Positions 57,522 through 64,000 of a stretch of DNA of 64,000 bases are shown one piece after another (position 1 is the first letter of the stretch; every line of letters starts with the position of its first letter). Under the pieces are notes generated by a model. It worked only from the letters and a program-made list of their open reading frames with translations. It did not search any database and had not been told where the DNA came from. The stretch comes from an uncultured Chitinophagaceae bacterium (GTDB lineage Bacteria; Bacteroidota; Bacteroidia; Chitinophagales; Chitinophagaceae). A program made the position numbers and the translations under genes. The stretch is taken from the NCBI GenBank assembly GCA_963695165.1, contig CAVOGF010000004.1, positions 304,326 through 368,325 on the forward strand, given 5' to 3'.

Positions 57522-60500
57522 ATGTTTAACCGCTTTATAGAACGCCCCGTATTATCAACCGTGATTTCCATCCTTATAGTAATGCTTGGTGTGCTCGGAC
57601 TCCTCTCTTTACCCGTTTCTCAATACCCCGAAATAGCTCCACCTACGATTATAGTTTCTGCTTCTTATCAGGGTGCTAATGCTGATGTGGTTTTGACCAG
57701 CGTTGTAGTTCCTTTGGAAGAACAGATTAATGGAGTGGAAGGAATGACCTATATGACTTCTACCGCTGCTAATGATGGAACCGCTAGAATTATTATAACC
57801 TTTAAGCTGGGCATCAATCCGGATATAGCCTCGGTAAACGTACAGAACCGGGTAGCACTTGCTACGCCATTATTACCTCAGGAAGTAGTACGGTCAGGAG
57901 TTATAACCAGGAAAACACAAAGCAGTAACCTGTTAATTTTTGCCCTTTACAGTGACAATCCTATCTATGACCAGTCATTTGTTCAAAATTATGCAGACAT
58001 CAACTTAGTTCCGGTAATAAAACGGGTTCCGGGAGTGGGCGATGCTACTGCTTTTGGGCAAATGACCTATTCCATGCGTATCTGGCTGAAGCCGGATGTA
58101 ATGGCTACTTATGGCCTTGTACCAAATGATATCAGCGCGGCCCTTGCCGAACAAAATATAGAGGCGGCTCCGGGTCAATTTGGCGAACGTGGGGCGCAAT
58201 CATTTCAATATGTGATAAAATATAAAGGCCGTTTAAAAAATACAGAAGAATTTGGCGACATCCTTATCCGTTCAACCGCTAATGGCCAGATCCTGAGATT
58301 AAAAGATATTGCGAGGATTGAATTAGGAGCCTTAAGCTATGCCAGCAATTCCACTACAAATGGCAAACCTTCTGTAGGTGTGGCGATAAGCCAAACCGCA
58401 GGATCCAATGCGCAGGATGTAATCAAAGGGAGCTTACAGGTATTAAGCAACGCATCCAAAACTTTTCCCAGGGGAATTCATTATGTAAATCTTGTAAATG
58501 TAAATGACTTCCTCTCTGCTTCCATTAGCAAAGTAGTTCATACTTTAATTGAAGCATTTATCCTGGTTTTTATTGTGGTCTTTTTATTTCTACAAGACTT
58601 TCGCTCTACCCTTATTCCTGCTATTGCCGTGCCGGTAGCTATTATGGGTACATTTTTCTTTCTTTTATTATTTGGTTTCACTATTAACCTCCTTACTTTG
58701 TTTGCTTTGTTACTAGCCATTGGTATAGTAGTAGATGATGCCATTGTAGTAGTGGAAGCTGTTCACGCAAAACTAGACCAGGGTTATACTTCCGCACTTA
58801 AAGCCAGTAAAGACGCCATGGCTGAAATTTCCGGCGCTATTATTTCCATTACGCTGGTAATGGCCGCAGTATTTGTTCCGGTAACTTTTATTGCAGGGTC
58901 CGCCGGAGTATTCTATAAACAGTTTGGGCTTACACTTGCTATTGCTATTCTTCTTTCTGCAGTGAATGCTTTAACCCTTAGCCCGGCGCTTGCCGCCTTA
59001 TTTTTAACGTCCCATAAAGAAGATGGAAAGAAAAAGAAAAATCTTTTGCAAAGATTTCATACTGCTTTTAATACGGGTTTTAATGCTTCCAAAAAGAAAT
59101 ATGAGAAGTCGGTTACTTTCCTTTCTCATCACAAATGGATAGCCTTTGCTTTAATAATCATATTCTCCGGCATATTTTATTATTTAATAAAAATCACGCC
59201 TACAGCTTTTGTTCCGGATGAAGATATGGGAGCTATAATGGCTGATGTTTCTTTACCTCCCGCCGCATCTGCAGAGCGCACAATGGAAATAACAAATGAA
59301 ATAGAAAGAATTGCCAAAACCATTCCGGAAATAACTACGGTTTTAAAGGTAACCGGCACAAGCCTGCTCAGTGGGGCAGGTAGCAACTATGGATTGATCA
59401 TTATGAAACTTAAACCCTGGGATGAACGAAAGGGTAAGGGCCAGGATGTAAAATCATTGGTAGGCCAGATGTTTGCAAAAACATCCGGCATCCGGGATGC
59501 AAGAGTTATCTTCTTTGCTCCCCCTACCCTGCAAGGTTTTGGCGTTTCAGGGGGTTTCTCTTTTCAGCTACAGGATAAAACGGGTGGCGATATCGCCAAA
59601 TTTTATAAAGTGAGTACAGATTTCCTGTCAGCATTAAACCAACGCCCTGAAATTCAGTACGCTACTACGGCTTTTAGTCCAAATTTTCCTCAATATGAAA
59701 TTGATGTAAATGTGGCTAAGGTAAAACTAGCCGGGTTAACAGTAAACAGTATTTTGGATGCAATGCAAGGGTATTATGGCGGTGTATATGCTTCAAATTT
59801 TAACGAGTTTGGAAAGCAATACAGGGTAATGTACCAGGCCGATACTGCTTACCGGGCCAATCCTGAAGGCCTGAATAATATTTATGTAAGAAATAATACA
59901 GGAGCTATGGCGCCCATCACCAGCTTTATTACACTTAAAAAAGTATATGGGCCTCAATCCATTGCAAGGTTCAATCTTTTTACTTCTATAGCAGTAAACG
60001 GCGCTCCCAATGCAGGATACAGTTCAGGCGACGCCATTAAAGCCATAGAAGAAGTAGCGGCACAGGCACTTCCCGCAGGTTATGGGTACGAATTTTCGGG
60101 AATGACAAGAGAAGAGCTTTCAGCCGGAGGGCAAACTACTTTCATTTTCCTGTTGGTTATATTGTTTGTTTACTTTTTGTTGAGCGCCCAATATGAAAGT
60201 TATATATTACCTTTTTCCATACTGCTTTCCTTGCCAATAGGATTGGCAGGCGCTTTTATTTTCGCCCGGATCTTTAATGTAACCAACAATATTTATTTAC
60301 AGATTACTTTGATTATGCTTGTAGGCCTTTTGGCGAAAAATGCCATTCTTATTGTTGAATTCGCATTGGACCGGAGACGGCAGGGGATGCCAGTTATTCA
60401 GTCGGCCATACAAGGCGCCGAAGCCAGGTTGCGCCCCATTCTAATGACTTCATTTGCTTTTATTTTCGGCTTGCTTCCCCTTATGCTTGCTACCGGCGCC

Positions 60501-60692
60501 GGCGCTACCGGCAACCGCTCAATTGGTACAGGAGCAATTGGCGGAATGCTGATAGGAACATTAATTGGCATTTTCGTGATACCAACATTATTTATTGTGT
60601 TCCAAACTTTACAGGAAAAGATAAGCAGTTCATCAAAACAGTCAAAAGAAAAGGATAAGAATCAGCCATCGGAAATAGTGCAGGCATCCTGA
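57522..60692 (+). CDS. RND multidrug efflux permease (AcrB/HAE1-like)
   Basis: 1056 aa. MFNRFIERPVLSTVISILIVMLGVLGLLSLPVSQYPEIAPP is an AcrB-type N-terminus, with the 12-TM/two-large-loop organisation. Confidence 0.93.
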   Translation: MFNRFIERPVLSTVISILIVMLGVLGLLSLPVSQYPEIAPPTIIVSASYQGANADVVLTSVVVPLEEQINGVEGMTYMTSTAANDGTARIIITFKLGINPDIASVNVQNRVALATPLLPQEVVRSGVITRKTQSSNLLIFALYSDNPIYDQSFVQNYADINLVPVIKRVPGVGDATAFGQMTYSMRIWLKPDVMATYGLVPNDISAALAEQNIEAAPGQFGERGAQSFQYVIKYKGRLKNTEEFGDILIRSTANGQILRLKDIARIELGALSYASNSTTNGKPSVGVAISQTAGSNAQDVIKGSLQVLSNASKTFPRGIHYVNLVNVNDFLSASISKVVHTLIEAFILVFIVVFLFLQDFRSTLIPAIAVPVAIMGTFFFLLLFGFTINLLTLFALLLAIGIVVDDAIVVVEAVHAKLDQGYTSALKASKDAMAEISGAIISITLVMAAVFVPVTFIAGSAGVFYKQFGLTLAIAILLSAVNALTLSPALAALFLTSHKEDGKKKKNLLQRFHTAFNTGFNASKKKYEKSVTFLSHHKWIAFALIIIFSGIFYYLIKITPTAFVPDEDMGAIMADVSLPPAASAERTMEITNEIERIAKTIPEITTVLKVTGTSLLSGAGSNYGLIIMKLKPWDERKGKGQDVKSLVGQMFAKTSGIRDARVIFFAPPTLQGFGVSGGFSFQLQDKTGGDIAKFYKVSTDFLSALNQRPEIQYATTAFSPNFPQYEIDVNVAKVKLAGLTVNSILDAMQGYYGGVYASNFNEFGKQYRVMYQADTAYRANPEGLNNIYVRNNTGAMAPITSFITLKKVYGPQSIARFNLFTSIAVNGAPNAGYSSGDAIKAIEEVAAQALPAGYGYEFSGMTREELSAGGQTTFIFLLVILFVYFLLSAQYESYILPFSILLSLPIGLAGAFIFARIFNVTNNIYLQITLIMLVGLLAKNAILIVEFALDRRRQGMPVIQSAIQGAEARLRPILMTSFAFIFGLLPLMLATGAGATGNRSIGTGAIGGMLIGTLIGIFVIPTLFIVFQTLQEKISSSSKQSKEKDKNQPSEIVQAS

Positions 60693-60727
60693 GAATATTC
60701 TAAGGATGCTAAAATAAAAGAGAGCAT

Positions 60728-62117
60728 ATGATCAAAAATGTTTCCAAATATATTGTTTTCATTATTCTGGCAAGCCTTGTTTTGTCGTCCTGTAAAGTAA
60801 CCCAAAAGTACCAGCCACCTCTTGTGCATACTGATAGCCTTTACCGCGATCTGTCAACAACCGATACCAATACGATTGCCACTCTACACTGGACGGAGAT
60901 ATTTACAGATACCAACTTACAAAAATTAATAGCTGAGGGTATTGCCAACAACCTTAATTTGCAAATTGCCTACACCCATATTCAGCAATCACAGGCATTT
61001 TATCTGCAAAGCCGCGCTGCTTTTCTGCCTGCATTGAATGCAAACGCCGGAGTTACAGAATCTAAATTTTCTAAAACGCAGGCTCTCGGCCTGAATAGTG
61101 CTACGCAATACCAGATTGGTATTTCCACCTCATGGATAGCGGATATTTGGGGTCAGTTGAGCAGCAGTAAAAGGGCCAATCTTGCCAGCTTACTACAATC
61201 AGAAGCAGCGGCAAGGGCCGTTCAAACAAATCTTGTTGCTTCAATTGCCAACTTTTATTACTCATTGCTTGCCCTGGATCAGCAATTGGCCATTACCGAA
61301 CAAACTGTTAAGAAACTGGGACTCTACTGTACAGATCATGCGGGCATTGAAAGAGGCATCAACAGTTACTGAAGCTGCTGTGGTTCAGAGTGAAGCGCAG
61401 CGATATGGAGCCGAAGTAACCATCCCGGACCTGAGGCAAAGTATCAGAGAAACAGAAAATGCACTCAGTATCTTAATAGGTTCGGCTCCCAGAGCTATTG
61501 ACCGCGGAACCATAGCAAACCAGCAACCTATCCGGTTATTACAAACAGGAGTACCGGCTCAACTCCTGGCCAACAGACCTGATGTGCAACAGGCTGAACT
61601 GAATTTCAGGGATTTTTTCGAATTGACAAACCTGGCGCGAACGTTTTTCTATCCATCACTGAACATTACCGGTTCCGCAGGTTTAAACAGCTTTTCCTTT
61701 AGTGATCTTTTTAAAACGGGCGCGCTTGCTGCCAGTATTGGCGCCGGTTTAATTCAACCCATCTTTAATCAAAGGGCAAACAAAACGCGCCTGGAAGTAG
61801 CAAAGGCACAGCAACAGGAAGCATTATTGAACTTTCAAAATACATTGTTGACGGCAGGACAAGAAGTATCCAACGCGATGTCTTTATACAATACAGCCAT
61901 TAATAAAATGGATATTCGTATCAACCAGATGTCAGCGTTACAAAAATCTGTTGAGTATACACAAGAACTTTTACAGTATGGCTTTGCTAACTATACGGAA
62001 ATTATAACAGCCCGTCAGAGTTTGTTGCAGGCTCAGCTAGGAAGCGTGAATGATCGCCTGCAACAACTTCAGGCCATCGTAAATCTTTACAGTTCATTGG
62101 GCGGAGGCTGGAAGTAA
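60728..62117 (+). pseudogene. RND efflux outer membrane lipoprotein (NodT family), frameshifted
   Basis: Lipobox LVLSSCKV. ORFs 60728-61372 and 61182-62117 lie in different frames. At 61310-61318 (aagaaactgg) the reading changes from ...AITEQTVK to NWDSTVQIMRALKEASTVTEAAV.... The C-terminus ...LGGGWK is typical of the family. Confidence 0.85.
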
Positions 62118-62253
62118 AATTGGTATTTGAAATTGCAATAAAACTTTGCATCACACGCCACCCAAAATAAAAGACTTCCATTTACCCGGTTAAAAAATTG
62201 AGAGGCATTGCTTAACAACCACGTTATAGGCGTTTCAGTTCATTTGGATACCC

Positions 62254-64000
62254 CTAATTTCCTGATGTCATAAATTTCCAGCTTATATTTCCAACAGTAT
62301 TTGGTTTTCCTTTTACCGGAGCAGATATGGTTCCATTCAATTTTCCATTCTTATCCTTTTCCACTTTTATTTCTCTCCAGCTAAAAGCACCCTTTTTCAT
62401 AATTAAAAGTTTCGCCATCATCATCATACAACAAATAATGACCTGGTTTTTCACCGTAATATCTTATCTCAAGATTCACCTTTTCATCCGCTTTTGGCGA
62501 TTGCAATAATGGCGGCATCATAGGAATGACACCACCGTCTTTCACATACACCGGAATGATATCAAGCCCCGGAGTAATGGTAATTACTTCACCATCACCG
62601 GCATATTTCCCGGTATAGAAATCGTACCATTTACCTTTTGGAAGCACCACTTTCCGCGTAATTTGCCCCGTAAACATGGGCGCCACTAAAAGATATTCGC
62701 CAGCCATATACTGATCTTTAATCTCCTTTGTAGTTGCTTCTGCATAAGGGTTTTCTTCCAGGTTTACAACAGCGGATCTTTCAGCTTTTATGTCCTGCCT
62801 GAAACCATCTTCGAGGTTCATCGCCCGGAATGGCGGGGTGCCTTCAAAATGATATTTTGCAAATTCAGAGTACCAATATGGCATCATTTTCATGCGAAGC
62901 AAAGCATACTCCTTTACCTGCTTTTCCACATCAGGATAAGTCCAGGGTTTGGTGCCGCTCGACCATGCATTGATCATCGCCATTGGAGAAAAAACATTGG
63001 TCTGAAATCTTCTCAGCCACTCCTCTCCTGTTTTGGATGCGCGTACTTCCGGCGTCCATAAAACACCCGCAAAGCCGCTGTTGATTAAAGCCGTAATAAA
63101 ATCCTGGTGATTGTAATAATCATTGTAGATGACATAAGGAAAAGAAGTACCGCCACCATTGGAACCGCGAACCAGTCCATAAGTGCGCTTATTTTGTTTT
63201 TTAAACATTTCCGCCGAATAGCGCTGCATCAGTAATCCATAAGTTTGCCGCATTTGCTCGGCGCTCAAACCCGAAGGAAACAAGGCAACATCCGGCCATA
63301 GGTAGTAATCATACCCATCCACTTCATCTATCTTATAACCACTTACGCCAATATCCACCTGGTCTTTTTGCAATTGAGAAAAGAATATATCTCTCGCCTG
63401 AGGCAGGGTAAAATCCGGAATCAATCCCAACCAAACAGTATGAGATGCAGTGTAAGGACGGATTTCTTTATACATTGAAGCATCAGGAGAAACATAAGGA
63501 TTGATCCAGAGGTTCATTCGGATACCTTTTTTCAGCATATCCTTTACAAATTTCCCAGGTTCCGGAAAGCGATTCTTGTCCCATTCAAAGGTTCCGGGAT
63601 ATGATTTGCTTTGCCAGCCCGGTTCAAGTCCTACAAAATCCAGCGGGTATCCTTTTTCAGCAAAATCATTGATTTCTTTTTCTACTTCAATGGCGGTAAA
63701 ACTTGTCCTGACACGTTGCGTGAATCCCAGTCCCCAACGCGGCGGAAGATAACCGCCACCATTAAACAGGTTGTATCTTTTTACAACATCCAAAGGCTTG
63801 GGTCCGCCGAAAATATACACTTCCACGCCTTCCGCCGGAACCAGCATTTCCACAGCATCCGAATACGGTCTTGCACTCCAGTTTTTATCGGTATTTCTAT
63901 CCTGGGGAACTGGAAAATCCTCACTGTCCTTCCTCACACCTGTACCCGCCCAAACATTGATATAACGTGCAGAATTTACAAATACTCCATAACCACTTGA
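62254..64000 (-). pseudogene. glycoside hydrolase family 31 protein, 5' end outside window, frameshifted near the 3' end
   Basis: The frame is open to the window edge (SSGYGVFVNSARYINVWAGTGV...). GH31-like WINPYV, GYKIDEVDG and WTPEVR blocks. The C-terminal ...FNYEKG continues as AFSWREIKVEKDKNG... in ORF 62254-62454 after a shift at ~62385-62400. Confidence 0.8.

Noticed and set aside
1-64000. Integron integrase, transposase or other recombinase that could explain the cassette array
   Set aside because: None of the listed ORFs, and none of the frames I read in the ORF-poor regions, shows tyrosine- or serine-recombinase or DDE motifs. Absence from this window does not exclude one elsewhere in the genome.

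Overview
This 64-kb chromosomal segment looks by gene content like a Bacteroidota genome (Chitinophagia/Sphingobacteriia-like); that assignment is an inference. Housekeeping content includes LDH-type malate dehydrogenase, PssA, Xaa-Pro aminopeptidase, a GT9 and a GT39 glycosyltransferase, and a MoxR-DUF58-BatA operon. It also includes a TonB-dependent receptor behind a cobalamin riboswitch, a LytS/LytTR two-component locus, and an ECF sigma/anti-sigma/OM beta-barrel triad. There are four envelope efflux loci: TetR-TolC-HlyD-MFS, TolC-MacA-like, OMF-RND-MFP, and MFP-RND-NodT.

Two accessory regions stand out.
1. An AT-rich McrBC type IV restriction module at 8.4-12.3 kb, whose McrB carries a ~690-aa multi-domain N-terminus.
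2. A co-oriented array of toxin-antitoxin and small-gene cassettes at 17.4-22.3 kb (HigBA, HepT-MNT, DHFR-like, MazEF). Each cassette is followed by a copy of a composite repeat whose 51-nt core is an imperfect palindrome with RYYYAAC/GTTRRRY-type ends. This is integron-cassette-like, but there is no integrase in the window and the repeats are much longer than canonical attC sites. I consider it the best candidate for something undescribed.

Other notable signals:
- Thirteen genes are broken by small frameshifts, some in homopolymers. This is either assembly error or real decay, and the sequence alone cannot decide.
- A few short 'word' repeat families recur in many intergenic spacers.
- A four-helix-bundle (23S IVS-type) gene, bracketed by inverted copies of one such repeat family, sits inside the MoxR operon.
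- A ~100-nt intergenic element occurs in three copies.
- A class-I-like and a DxDD-containing terpenoid-enzyme-like gene form an adjacent pair.

I recognised no rRNA, tRNA, CRISPR array, transposase or integrase. All calls come from reading the translations and the DNA by eye; no database search was run.
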